Shown in pieces: positions 40,918-55,340 of a stretch of DNA of 64,000 nucleotides. The notes below the pieces were generated by a model. It did not search any database. It saw nothing but the letters and a program-made list of their open reading frames with translations, and was not told the DNA's origin. A program made the translations under genes and the position numbers. The DNA is from the human T2T-CHM13v2.0 reference genome, Homo sapiens, in assembly GCF_009914755.1 (NCBI RefSeq), contig NC_060938.1; one strand, written 5' to 3'. Each line of letters begins with the position of its first letter. Positions within the stretch are counted from its first letter, which is position 1.

Positions 40918-41205
40918 TTCTTTGTATTCATTGACCAATATCACCTCATCCTCTCTCCCTCAACCCCTGCTCAGCTTCTGTTAACCATTATTCTCCTTTC
41001 TAACTCTATATGATCAACTTCTGTAGATTACAGACATGTGTAAAATCATGCAGTTATTTGTCTTTCTGTGCCTGGCTTATTTCACATAACATAATGCCCT
41101 CTAGTTCCATCCATGTTGCTGCAAATGGCAGAATCTCATTCTTTTTCATGGCTGAATAGTATTCTACTGTTCATATGTACCATATTTTCTTGATCCATCC
41201 ATCTA
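40918..41205 (-). mobile_element. L1MA-like 3' fragment
   Basis: 'tttgtctttctgtgcctggcttatttcacataacataatg...ttccatccatgttgctgcaaatggcagaatctcattctttttcatggctgaatagtattc'. Confidence 0.9.
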
Positions 41206-43044
41206 TTTTTAAAAAGTCAAGAAACAAAGGAAGGCATTTGTAATGGAGGAAGGATTCTCTCCAAAATTTGCTATGTTGAAAAACATTTTCAGGCTTATGA
41301 CATGGGACCTCTTCTCCTCCTTCAAAGGTTGGCTATTTGCTGCAGGAATAAAGGCATACCAGGGCAGTTTGGTCTGACATGGTTCTTCCACTTTAAAGCC
41401 AAGCTGGAGGAAGCAAGTTGAAATCAAGATGGATAGGATGAGCAGCACAAAGAAAACTGTTCCACAAACTGAGAAACAAAACGTCATCCACAGATGAGCT
41501 TTCTCCCACTTACTGGTGTTGCCTTGCAGGTTAGGCCTTGTCACCTTGAAGTCTTAAGACTCTCACCATTGAGTACTCCCTTGCTTAACTTGCCCTCCGA
41601 CTACGATTGGCTACTGATCCTCCACTGGCTCCTTTACAAACTCTTTCCTTGAGGGGAAATGGAAAATCCAGGCAGGGTTTCAAGTTTATGTAAAGTCCTG
41701 CTGGGAAAACCTTACATTCGATGCTTCTGGTTCCATGAAAAAGTGTTTGAAGTAGACTCCAGGTACTACACATTCAAAAATAAATACTTTTTTTTTAAGT
41801 CTGACTTTTTTTTTGCATGGAGGAAGGGGAAGGAGACCATTGCCAGAGGCTGACTTTGTGTCCCAATGTCTAATATTATAAGAAACTTTATCGTTTTGAT
41901 AGACTTAATCCCTACCGCAGGAATGTGTAAAATGGCAGAGTTCAACTGCCAACAAAAACCAGGACCACACTAGGAAAGTCATCAGCTTTCAAGGAGCTAC
42001 CTGCCAGGTCCTGTCTGGCAAAATCCCAGCTAATGAAAAATTGCACAATGTCCCAACGTATCAAGCTGGACGTGGCTTTGCAGTGGGTCTATACAAGGTC
42101 TGGGGTGACCATCACTTCTAAGCACACTGCTTATCATGGCCAAGAAGCTTGACGTCCTTCAGAAGGGATGTGTATGAAGAGAAGCTTTCCCAGAAATCCA
42201 TTTGTGTTTTTGCAAATCCCCTTATGGGTTCTTATCGGTTCTTCTGGCTACCTATGTGTGTGTGAGTGTGTATGTCAGTACCTTCTCCTACTAACATTTC
42301 TTTAATGGATTATGACAACTCACAGATCTTTCTTTGTCTTTCGTTAGTTGCTGCCATTCAGACCGATTTTTGTCTTGCATATGATTTTAATACAAGCACT
42401 TGTAATATGATTACATTAACTGTTGAGCAATATCGCCTCAGCAGAACCAAACCACAGTGTTCTTTTTTTAACTGCACTGAAAATGCCTTAGCTCTATCCA
42501 CAGTGTTAATTCTTTATTGTAGCCATTAAAGTACATTGGGCAAGTGGATCGTGTTTGAAGACATGTATGTAAATACATATTTGGAGGATTGGCAGAAATG
42601 GCTCAGGAGAAAGACGTGAAGGGGATAAATGAGACGCATTTTTCTTGGAGTTGAAGAAAAGGTCTCCTTCCTCGCTTTAAAGATTCTGGCAATGTTTTAG
42701 AAATGTGCTGTCTTTCCAGTTTGGCCTTTGGTAGTATAAGTAGAAGTGGTTTCTTTTACCAGTTCTTCAGAAAAGTAAATCCAATCCAGGATATCCAGGA
42801 GTTGTGGCCAGTGAAATAAGGAAAGGAACCTCTTCCACTGTGGTCTCTGTGAAGAAATATCTCTTTATATGATTCTTAAGGTAAAATTATTATTCCAATT
42901 AGAAAAAGAAGAAGAGGAGAAAAAAGAGGAAGAAAAGGGATGATGTTGAGAAGGAGGACAAGAAAGAGAAGTAGCAAGAAGAAGAGGAAGGGAAAGAGAG
43001 GAAGATGATTTGACTTGATTCCATTCATTTAATACTTCTATGAG

Positions 43045-43374
43045 TGTTTCAGTCCACTTAGGCAGCCATAATAAATTACCATGGACTAGGTGGCTTGTAA
43101 ACAACAGAAATTTGTTTCTTGCAGTTCTGGAGGCTGGGAAGTCCAAGATTCAAGGCACCAGCAGACTCGGCATGTGATGAGGGCCTGCCCTCTGGTTCAC
43201 AGATGGCACCGTCTCCACATGTCCTTGCATGGTTGAAGGGACAAGGCAGCTCTTGGGTTTCTTTTGTAAGGGCACTAACCTCATTCATGAAGGTGAACTC
43301 CTAATATGGTCACTTCGGGGATCAGGATTTCAACATGTAAGTTTAGGAGGGACATAAACACTCAGACCATAGCA
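43045..43374 (-). mobile_element. Solo MaLR LTR MLT1A-like
   Basis: TG...CA termini; perfect 5-bp TSD ATGAG at 43040-43044 and 43375-43379; 'cagttctggaggctgggaagtccaagat'. Confidence 0.92.
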
Positions 43375-45669
43375 ATGAGTTCTAGAACTGTGTACATCTG
43401 TCCCAATTGTTTTATCTGCTTCCTTGTTTTCAGAATAGTTTGATGTCAGAATTTCTATCCATCTTAATAAAGCAAAAAATGTTCTACAATTCTGCTAACA
43501 ACAGGATAAAAATTGTACCCCTTACACTGCCTCTTGACATGGAAATATTCTAAGAATTGTTTTCTTCAGACCACATAGCTAGAATTTTTCTTTTGGCCCA
43601 GAGAATGCAGTGATGTTTTCATTTAGAGAAAATGTGGGGAGTGTGTGTATGTGTGTATGTGTGTGCATGTGCACACATAGAAGGAGTTCCCTACTGGAGG
43701 AGACAAACACATTCTAATTTATCTTCTGGTTCCTGCTTGTGATTCTTTTTAGAAGACACAGAAGCCACCTAAAATTTCTGGTCTATCCCCAAATTCTCAA
43801 ACCCAAATGGCTGGGATTTGTTTATTTTTTATTGTTATTTCTTCTTAACATATCATGAGTATACCATATGTGAATATAGACTTTTTCTGTGAATTTTTGT
43901 TCCAGGTTCATGTTTGATGCTTTTTGCTTGACTTAGAGACTATAGATCTGATATGGACAACAAACGGTGACCCTATCCTTATATCTCCAGAGCAGCTGCT
44001 AATAATTTCAATGATTAAACAAATGTATTCCATGAATCTGCTATCAGCAACAATTCCATTATTTCCTATGTCTCCATCTTCTCATCCTTTGATTCCAAGG
44101 CAGAAGGGTCTCCTGCTATCAGCTGATGTGCCTGCAAAAGGTCATCTGGAAATAGTCTCTTTCTTTCCCTGCTATAGAGGATGTGGCCTGTTTCCAGCAA
44201 GGAACACACTCCTGAACACTCCTACTAACAATTTCTCTTGGCAGTGACACTTGCTAGCCCTATCCAAGGGGTCTTTAGTTCTCAGAATGTCAAGAACAGC
44301 CTATGCTGATGACAGGCAAGGTGTTGCTGCCCACGATCCTGAGTCAGGGCTGACTAAAGATACCCATCCTTTTGAAGTGCCTTGGGAGGTAAATCATTTT
44401 AAAAAGCTGAACCTACTTACTTGGCAATGCCTGCTCAAACTTAACAAAAGGGTCAAGAATACTTCCCTTTAAAGATCCAAACTATAACAGGGACATTCAG
44501 AAATCATATTTTATTTGAGAACACATGAAGACTAAAAGCAGAGGGGCAGTGATGTGCCAGTAATGTTTACCAACTGGCTTCTGGTGAAACACTGCCTTGA
44601 GCTGTGGCATTAGCCTCTGTCTGTGGTGTAAATTCCTTCTGCCATGGCCAATGCCAAACTGCCAGCATGACATCTCTGAATTTGGCATTAGGAAGAGGTG
44701 CCTGCAATTGGTCCTCTCAAGCCAGGACTAGAAGCCCTAGCCAGGACTAGCACAGTCATGCTATAGACTGTGAAAGTGGAGGGAGCAAGCACAGAACTTG
44801 GGGACAGGAGATGTGGGTTGGATTTTCCAGATATGATCTTTCCCAGCTTATATAAGTTACTTTGGATCCTCTGTGAGCATGTCTAAAACATAGCGGAATG
44901 AGCACTTTCTAGTAGGGTTTTGATGAGGATCAAATGATAAAACAGTTGGGGTCATTTTCTCCAGCAAGAACAACTTTGTCTTCACCACCAACTAACATAA
45001 TGCACTGTGCCATGAGCTTTTCAGCCTCATGCAGAGGATGGATCTCATTTCATCCTGTCACATCTTCCAATGTGGGTGGTGTCATTTCTATCTCACAGAA
45101 AGAAAAACTGAATCTTAGAGTGGTGAATAACCTCTCCTCCTCATCCCAGTGAATGATACCAGCTCAAGTCAGCCTATCTGCAAAGCCTACTCAATTCAGC
45201 CCCATGAGATCCTTAATGGTTTTAGCTTTTAAACTGGAAAAAATATTTATTATAGACAGGGGAAGATCCCCTTGAGTCCTAAAATTGTCATACACCTCCT
45301 CAAGAGAGGGAGGTTGCTAACACCCCCCAATGCTATGCCATCTGAATGCCATTTTTTTCTCCTCCCATCAATTAAAAAGTGCTAGGTTGTATGCAAGAGA
45401 TGTTAAGTCATAACCTGCATTCTTTGAACATAAGGTCAATTTCATTCAGGGAACTATGAAGAACAGTTAGCCATATCATTAATTGATTTATGTTTTACTC
45501 CTCAGGGAGGTCACTTACAGAGGTCACAAATATGAAATTATAGAATCCTGGCTTCTCCCCCCATCTCTTTTATTTACATGCTGGGTGGCCTTGGTTGAGT
45601 CACTTCTCAGAGTATCAGAAAAGCTTCATCTATAAGCCAAGGGTATTCATAAATTCTTCATTCAATCAT

Positions 45670-45791
45670 TGTGTCTCTGTGTGTGTGTCTGTGTGTGTGT
45701 GTGAGAGAGAGAAAGACAGAGAGGGAGAGAGAGACAGAGACAGATACATACAGAGACAGAGAGAGAGACACGAGAGAGACAGAGACAGAGA
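45670..45791. repeat. (TG)n/(GA)n/(GAGACA)n compound repeat
   Basis: Directly visible. Confidence 0.9.
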
Positions 45792-47689
45792 AATGATTCA
45801 GATAATGATTGTAAGCTCCTTGAGAACAGAGCTTTTGTTTAATAGGCTCAAATCTTCAGGATTTATCAGCACTATTTGATGAATCAGCGAGTCAAGTACT
45901 TGGAACAAAAATTGCCACCCAGACAGTTAGTAGGTGACTGTAATATTTATTCTAGTTCCAACGATCCTGTAAAATCCCCCTTAGACTTTTGGAAAGTGAC
46001 AGCTGTGGTTTTACAATTTCCAAATCAAGACTAGACATACATATATTTTTTAATGTGAGTTTACTTTCAATGTAAACAACCTTTCCAAAGCAACACCAAA
46101 CACCCAATACATTGGGAATAAACAATGCACTGCAAATTGCATCCCCAATAATCTATCATATGTACATCTCCTATGGATAATGCAACATAGCAATAATCCT
46201 TTGGTTTAATTGGGCTTGTGAGCAGTAGCATATGCCTCAAAATGGTCCCATTGACATTGTTTTGCACCCAAGGAATCAAATTAATGCTTACTAGCATACT
46301 AAGCACTGTGTGGTCCTCTCTCCCTTGAAAGTGCACATGTGTTGCTATTAGCATTAACAGGAGTCTGGCCTGGGCTTTGAGGAGTGTGAACACCCCCCCT
46401 GGGGTGCAGTAGAGAGGCCAGGAAATATTCTGCTGATTTCAGTGGGACTGTGTGTTCTTTGAAAAGCCCTGTAATGGTTCCAGAGGATATCTCTCCAGGT
46501 CTGGCTGCAATGTTAATAGATGTGTCTAGTAATAACAGCCTAATTATATGTGTGAGCATGTAATATTGACCTATACAGCATATCTTCCCCATCTTTGCCT
46601 CCAAACCACAGGGATGCCCTTTGCTAGGAACAATAGGAGCTCCTCCATATCAGATGACCTCGCCCCACTTTAACGGTGCTCATAAATACTAATCTGGCCA
46701 ATTCCATCTCCTTTGGCGCCAGAAGGGCAGTTTAATTCTAGATGCTTCAACCCTGGTTCTCAGAGAGCAGAGTATTAAGCAGTGCTGATATGACTATCAG
46801 ATCTAATACATTTTGCACCATCTTTCCCTAGAATGGATTAAAGTGCTGGTCTCTCTCATCACAAGGCAGAGCAGGGAATGAAATCATTACATCATGCTGG
46901 CATCCCCAGGAAGAGGAAGTAAACAATGATGTGGATTTGCCTCCTCCTCCGGAGGGCAGATGGTCTGTGTCCGGCAGACCCACCTTGTGGAGAGCCCAAG
47001 GAATGCCCCTGCCCTGCCACCTGCATGATGCAAATCAACTTCTCAGACAAGCCCCCATTCATTGTCAGGCTGGAAACTCAGCCTTCCCAAGGCCTGGAGC
47101 CTGGAAGCTGAGCAGCACTAAGCAATTATCTGTTTTGAAGGAATACACTGATTTGACATTCTTAAGGAGTCACAGACGTCTGATTTCATAATATAATTTG
47201 TAGAAGTAAAAAAGGCAAGTTAAACATTTGCTTACACATATCATGTTTACATGTGTTCAAAGAACTTTCCAAAACTTTGCAGTCTCATCCAACTGCATCT
47301 TTTTTAAGCTCGCTTCGCTCTCGTAGGTTTGCAAACAAATTCCACAGCACATTCAACCGCAAATTGATTTACTTTTGGGGAAACTCCTTGAGTTTCACGA
47401 CTTTCTTCTTGCTGTTTAACGTACACACAGATGCAAAAAAGAAAAAACAATCTCCTAACACAGGAACACAAATCTGGCATCCGGAGGAGTCGATTTTTTC
47501 ATTTATTCTCAAAGTGAAGGGAAAGCAGTAATGGAAGTGATCCAGATTACCAAGGAGTGTGCAAATGACTTCTTGGGCCCCGCTGGCAGTGTGACTGACA
47601 GCCGACTCCTGGGGCAGAGCAGATGAAGGGGAGAGGAGCATCCTCACATGAAGGAAGACCATGTTTCATTTATGACATAACCTGGATAT

Positions 47690-48530
47690 TCATCTTCCTA
47701 TCACTCCCTGGATGGCACTGCCACCCTCTCTGCATTCAAGTCCAGGAGGCATCTTCAACTACCTGTCTCTCTTACCTTTCACCAGATCAATCCCCAGGTG
47801 CCACTGATGGTGACTCTTCCATGTCTCTTGAGTGCTCTCCCCTTGCCCAGCCACATCCAGGCCACCCCATCACTGAGCACTTGGGCTTCTACAGCAGCTT
47901 CTCTGTGATCTTACTGCCCCCTGCCTCCTGCCATTCCATCCCCTGTTCCCCATTGCTGCCAGAGAGAGAATTTCTAACTTGAACATCTGATCCATGGGCC
48001 ATCTCTTTAGCATGACTTTGAAGGTCTTTCATGGTCAAGCCCCTGCTTTCTTTCCCAGCTTCCTCTCCGTGAGCATACCTCACACTACATGCCCCAGCCA
48101 AGTTCTGCTTGTGTTTGTTTTGCCCACCCTCCATGACTTTGGCACATGCTATTCTCTAGACCAGGGATATCCTGCTGTCATTTTTCCACCTGGAAAACAC
48201 CTACTTATTCTTCAAAACCAGCTCTGATTCCATTCCTGGAAACCATTCCTGAATCGCCAAGAGGGGGTTAGGACTTATTTCCCTATATCTTTAGCATCCT
48301 ACACTGCCGTACCATAGCAACTGCCACTTTATGTGATTGTTTGCCTATTTAACTAGTGTCTGTCTCATTCAAATTGAGTTGTCATGAGAGGTGGGCTGTG
48401 TCTTTCATGGGTTTGCAAAACTATCTCCTTTAGAACCATATTTTTGTTACCCCTCTCTATACAACATCAAACACAGTTCCCAGGATGTGTTAGATACTGC
48501 ATAGGGATTTTCAAATGAACGAATGGACAC
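47690..48530 (+). mobile_element. L2 3' portion
   Basis: 'ctgccagagagagaatttctaac', 'ctttggcacatgctattctcta', 'cttattcttcaaaaccagctc', ends 'aaatgaacgaatgg'. Confidence 0.7.
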
Positions 48531-50632
48531 ACAAACGACTGAATCAGATCATGAAAATGGACAGGTGTGTACCCACTCATAAGGCTCTGGGTCAGACTAT
48601 TCTACCTGCTGGAGACCCCTCACAAAGTGATCTAAACTTACTGCCAAACAGTTAGATCACAGAATGCTGCAGACTCCATGAGTGGTGAGAGAGGGATCTC
48701 CAGGGGTCTTCCTAAAGCAGCCTCATTGCATTGGTCCCTCATCCTCAGACTTTATCCTTCATTTCCACCTAGGCAGAGAAGCCTCTGCCACTGCACCTGG
48801 TGACCTCACCCTGAAGATGCTGGAGGGATCCTCAGAGGAAGTGAGTGTGTCATGAGAATGCTAACCCCTGGAAGGGGCTGGAGGGCCCAAGAAAGGGAGG
48901 GCAGGCTGCCCTTTCTTCCAGCAGAGCTGGCCAAGAGCTTACCTGGCCAAGGACCTCAGTGTACTGAGCTGACTTCTCCTTGGCTGCAGTTCCAGAACAT
49001 TCCTCTGCCTTCCATCCTGCTCCATGAGACGGGGAGCAACCTCTCTGACCCACTCCCTCCAGGTGTGCATCTCATTACTTGCAGGGCATCTCCAGCAGCC
49101 TAGTGGCGATGCCAGTGATGAAGCTTCCAAAGAAAGGGCTTCACCGAATGCAACATCAACAGCATGGAGTTAGGGAGGCCGGCGTTTACCAACAAACGCG
49201 TCTTCCAATCTGCCTGACTTCTGTCCCTGAAGAAAGGAGCATATGTCCAGCCTGGTGTCTTCCAAGGTTTTCAGTTTTGCTTTTGTTTATTTGTTTTCAA
49301 GAAGTTTATAAATAATCCAGTGTCCGGGCCATAAAGGGTGACTCCAAAAGATCCCGTTTGTGTGCGACCTGGTTGGCGGCCGGCAGCCCCAGGCAGCCCT
49401 CCTCTGAAGCCAGAGCTCTGCTATTAGGGCTTGGAAACCCACATCATTAATAGGAACCAGGCAGGGAAAGTGAAGTTGAGACCAGGAATGTGTCGGGAGG
49501 CTTCCAGCTCTGCTCAGCTGTGTGAGGCCTGGGCAAGTCACGCATCGAGGCAGCTCGGCCCCGGGGCGCTCCAGGCAGAGGGGTTGGCAAGCGGGTGGGG
49601 CTCAGGCTCCAGTGCTTTCTGGGAGCCTTTGTCCAAGTGGCTGACTGCCAGAAACCCCTCCCTGCTCTGGTTCCTGGGAGTTAACCTGGCGAAACCCTAG
49701 ACCCTCGTGTGCCTCAGCTAGAATCTGGCCATGGATTGGAGGTCTCCGATCTGTTTTTCAGACCCATGCTTGCAGGTCCTGCTGTGCTGGGGGAGGGGGC
49801 CTGAATGGGGTAGAGCAGGCTCTGGGCAAATGCTTCCTGCACTGGGCTGTGTTACCATGCAGCGTGCTAAGGGCTGCAGACCTCCAGGCACGACTCATGG
49901 ACCAGAAGGAAGCAGGCATAGACGCTGACCTCCAGGGTGGTCACCCAATTGAACCACCCACAGAAAGTTAATTGGATGCCATCAATCTGCTGCGGTAACT
50001 CAGAGAACCTCAGAAGAGCAAAGGAACAGAGAGGATGGATTTTAGCAAGGCTGTGGCCCTGATGCCCCCTCATTGGCTCCAACTTTGGCTAAGAGGCATG
50101 AGATACCATCAGGCTCCGCTCTGCTCCATGCTACATCCCACATGCATGCCACCTTGGAGCTGCCACATCCCAAGGGGTTCAGGGTCCCTGCCATTGGGAA
50201 GCACAGTGTCCAGCCTCTCTTCCACCCACACAGTGATTACTGCTGATTGTGGTGCCACCATTGGAAAGCTGTGTTTCCCCAGCCAATGACACTGCTCTGG
50301 TCAAGGGATGTCAAAGTGGGCAGGGTGTGAGTGGGGGTCAAGAAGGAAACCCCAGTGATGTCCAAATCATAACTAGCTCTCAGGAGGTGAGGGGAGTGGA
50401 GGCTGAGCACGGCAGGAGTCTTCAGGGCCTGGCAATACATTTGACACTAAATACATGATAAGTGGATGGTTGACCAGCAGTTCACTTTTCTACTTTTCTA
50501 TTTGTGTCTTTTACTTTGTTTTTACAATGCTGGCTTGATTCCTAAGGCAGGGTTGTCAAGTGAACTTCTGATAACATTCACAGTGTCTGCCACTGTGAAT
50601 GTTAGCCAGTCTCTGTGCATGCGCACAAGTCA

Positions 50633-50839
50633 AGAGTGGCCATAGTTAACAATAATACATTATATAGCTTCAGATAGCTAGAAGGAGGATATTGAGTGTT
50701 CCCAACACAAAGAAATGATGAATGTTTGAGATGATGGATATGCTAATTACCCTGATCTGATCACCATATATTATATATATCAAAACATCACTGGTGTACC
50801 ACGAAAATATCTATATTATGTAGCAATTAAAAAATTAAA
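50633..50839 (+). mobile_element. L1MA/L1PB-like extreme 3' end
   Basis: 'tgttcccaacacaaagaaatgatgaatgtttgagatgatggatatgctaattaccctgat'. Confidence 0.9.
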
Positions 50840-53800
50840 TAGTGGATACATATAATTCTTAAATCATAAAAGATTTAAGAATCATAAAAGATAGTTTAGA
50901 AAATTTGGCAAACACAGAATAGATAAGAAAATACAAATCATACATGATTGCATCACCCAGAAGTAAAAACTGTTAACATCTTGCCGTACTTCATTCTTCC
51001 AGCAAATATTATTTTACACATTTGAGATCACACTGAATAAACAATTTTGCATCCTGCTTTCTCCAATTAATTTGTAGTATAAGTAGTATTCCCCCTTCCT
51101 GGGGAAGGTAATTCTGTTTTAGGTTAGGTTTGATTTTGTCTAATCAAGATAAATTTTTATTTTATTTGATAGAGTGGCAGAGAACAGAATTCCTGAGTTA
51201 ACTTTAGGTACTTCAGCTGTTGATATTTGCTTATTCCCTGGATTTCTACAGCCTACTGGTAGTTTGCATCAAAAAGGATAAAATCATCTGCTACCAATGC
51301 CCAAAATACTGAACAACTCTGTGAAAGAAAATGAACCACCCTAAGCTAAGAGAGAGTTGAATTCCCCCTTACAAAAAAGCTATGTAGCACTCAGAGAGAC
51401 AAGAGATTCCAGTGTCACAAAACCACTAAAGCCAGCTCAGAGACTGAAGCAGGACAGAGAGTTTCTTCAAGACACTGCTCCTGACAACTCAGTGCCTAGG
51501 CTGCCTGGATGATTTACTTTTATTTTGTATTTTACTTTTGATTAGCAATTTTACTATTACATTTATTGATTTACTCCAGGAGAGGAAGTCCTCAGGTAAG
51601 AGATAATCTTATCCAACTTTAAGCAAGCATGGTGTTTCTTAGCCAAATTAAAGACATTCAGGCCAGACCTGGATGAAAAGTTTAGTGAGATTTCAACTGA
51701 TCAGGCCAAAAGGAGACAGGCATATTTTTCCCCTTTTTAGTTCAATAGGTGTGAGTTTTGGAATATGAGAGTATAGGAGGTGTGAAATAGTGGGGTAAGA
51801 AGCAAACTGAATCCTACTATAGCATCTGACCTTTATTTTATTTTGCAGGGATAAATTTAAAAAAAAGTGCTGAATTGGGCATTCAATTTGCCAATTTATA
51901 GATATGCCCAAATTTGTGGAGATATACAATGGTTCATTTTATCCATGAGTTCCTCCTCTGCATAACATACCATGCCAGATGAAGCAATTCTCAAATCCAA
52001 AGACAAGTTATGCCCCAGACCTGCATCCAGGAGCTCTGCAGCCATGAATCAGTGAAAAAAATGGAGAAATTGCTATGATGTTAATAGATGTTACAAAATA
52101 AAAGTGACAATAAGTGACAGGCAGCTAAAGCAGAACAATAAAGGGCAGAGGGTCCTTATTTCTATGTGGACATCAGAATAAAACCTCATCTATCCTAAAG
52201 AATGGTAATTAGATCAGAGAATGTTAGAGACAGGCATGGGTTTTGGAGTTGTTTCTTAGCTGGGTGGCCTTGGACAAAGCCTTTCCTCTCTCAACTCCTC
52301 CATGTTGTCATCTGTACAGTGGGGCCAGTGTTGGCTCCAAGTCTCTGTGCCCGGTGAGGCTATTGTGAGAAATCAATGTCATCATAGACAAAAGCACTCT
52401 GCATTGTACTTGCGTACATTAGGTACTCACTGAAGAGCAACTGTAGAGAGGATAAAGTTATTATCATTCACTGTAATCAACAAAGGTTTCCATTTGATAC
52501 TAACACATCTGATTCTAACCTAGGATTGGTTTTGGTGACTTCTCCCATAGGTGGTGGCTATCACAGTCCAGGTGGAGTGCCAGAAAAGGAGAAAACATAG
52601 CCATAGCTGCTTGTGGAATACCTACTATGTGCCAGTGTAAATGCATCTCCTCTAACTCAACAACCCATTGGATAATGGCTGGGGTTTGAAGGAATGACCT
52701 GCCCTGGCTTACACACATGGCAGAGGACATGCTGTGCACACCTCTCCATGCTCATCCTTTCTGTCATGGGACTGAGAGGATTCCAGGGGATGATGTGAGC
52801 CAGGATCAGATACTTCATGTATCTATCCATCTTTACTTTATTCTTGCCTTTAAAGGTTACCGGACTCCTATGAGTCAGGACCTATGGTGGGTGCTGGGGT
52901 ATTGAACTGAATGGACCTTTCCTTTCTTATTTCAAAGAATTTCATATCCAGAGAAGTGAAGGCCATGTGGAAAGTAAATGCAGCCAGTATAATAAAGATT
53001 AGGAGAACAGTGCTGAATATGCAACCTCCCCTCCCCTTTCCCCTTTCCCTCCCTCTCCACCCCGACCACTTTTATTTTTCCTCCTGGTCTGGATTGTCTC
53101 TAATATCTCTGTTTGGACAAAGCCTTGAACTTCCATATCCACTTTGACCTTTTTCCCACAGCTTCTCTGCTTACTTATGACTGACTGAGGCCCCTCTGCT
53201 GGGGGCCTTTCTTCTCTCTGACATTCTAAGGAGGACCTATATAGCCCATTACTTGATGTACAAGTGCCACTTTGATCCTGTTGTTGTTTCTTATCTTAAT
53301 CTTGGTTTATATTTATGGTTCTACCTCTAGCTGAAGATCTACAAGCTCACAATTTTCACTTTCCTCAGCACCATCATCAAAGTTGGCACACAGTAGGTGC
53401 ACTGTAGGCAGTTAGCAGAAATGCTATGATTTGCCAACTTTGAAATCTTCTCAGAGTAGAACAGGATGGAGATACACATAATCACAGAGAGACAGGGCTG
53501 GTGTGGAGTATTTCCTCCAGTCACAATGTGTAGTTCTTGAATGGCCTGTTTCCCTCAAGGGACCATGGAAATTTGATGGACAATGGAATCAGATCCAAGA
53601 GAGCCTCCAGGACTTTTGGTGAACCTTATTCCATCAGGAGAAATGTGAGAGAGGCAAAAGAAAGGTTGCAGCGTATTAGGAACAGAATATGTCTGTTAGT
53701 GGGACCATTCTATATTAGTAGATCAGCATAGGGAGCTGGGACAGTGCTGCCAAAACTGAGCCAGTCATAAAGTTAGTTGTGATCTCCCCTGTCTAGATGG

Positions 53801-54005
53801 TCAAAATGATTGGATTTTCTTTGCCGATGTGGAGTGATTGAAGGCAGATCCACTTTGCCAGTTGTTGATTGATGTGTGTGTTTTGTCCATTCCCTCACTG
53901 CATGAGGCTTCATGTACACTTGGTTTGGCCTCTTAGGGAACTTTCGACTGCCAATCTCAAGCAAAGGACCAGACAAGATTCTGTATCAGTGAAACTGTCC
54001 CTTAG

Positions 54006-54607
<602 letters not shown>

Positions 54608-55119
54608 TAGTTTTCGTTGAATTCAGACTTAATATTGTCATCCTCTAGGCATTGGCTCTTTGGAAAGGTAAGGTTTGCAGACTTCTTCATCAGCTTTAGG
54701 CTCTAGGGAGCACAGAGTTGCTGTGCCAGTGAAGAGCCTCGGTGGGTTCTGTTTATGCTCCAGCTAGAAGCAGCCTAGGGTATATTTGCTGCTTGCTGAT
54801 TATGGTGGCCCTTTTTAAGTGTGAGCTTGAATATATGTACAGATCTAGTGGAAGGTGTCTATATATTCCCCTTGAGATATTCCTCTCGGCAAAAATGAAG
54901 CAAGATGAAAGAGTGGTTTTGTGTCCATTTCTTTAGCCAACTCTGTTGCATGTTTACCGTGTGTCAGGGACCATAGGAAGGACTAATGAAGAATAGATTT
55001 ATAGGGCAGAGCCTCTGTCCTTGAGATCCTTGAGGCTGGCTGGTCAACATGAGGATGACCAAGCAAGAGGCACCTTCTGTGGGTATGAAGTGATCCAAAC
55101 TAGAACCTGACTGAGCCTA

Positions 55120-55340
55120 AGTGGGATGTAGTAGTTATGAACTCTGACTTTGAGGTCAGACAGAAAATGGGTCCCAACCTCAGGTCTGCCCTATTTTAAC
55201 TATGTGTCCTTGGACTTAGTTTGGCTATGCAAATATTTCTGGGTTTGAATTTTCTTTTCTGCTATAAAATGTAAGATCAGGTAAAGTCTGAAAAGCACTT
55301 AGCTCCCAGCCCAGCACATAATTCCTGCTGAACACATGTG
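55120..55340 (+). mobile_element. MIR
   Basis: 'tgtagtagttatgaactctgactttgaggtcagacaga...ctatgtgtccttggac...aaagcacttag'. Confidence 0.65.

Noticed and set aside
46716-46731. CTCF-like sites (also ~43185, ~47915, ~53190)
   Set aside because: Each misses core consensus positions; cannot be called without PWM scoring.
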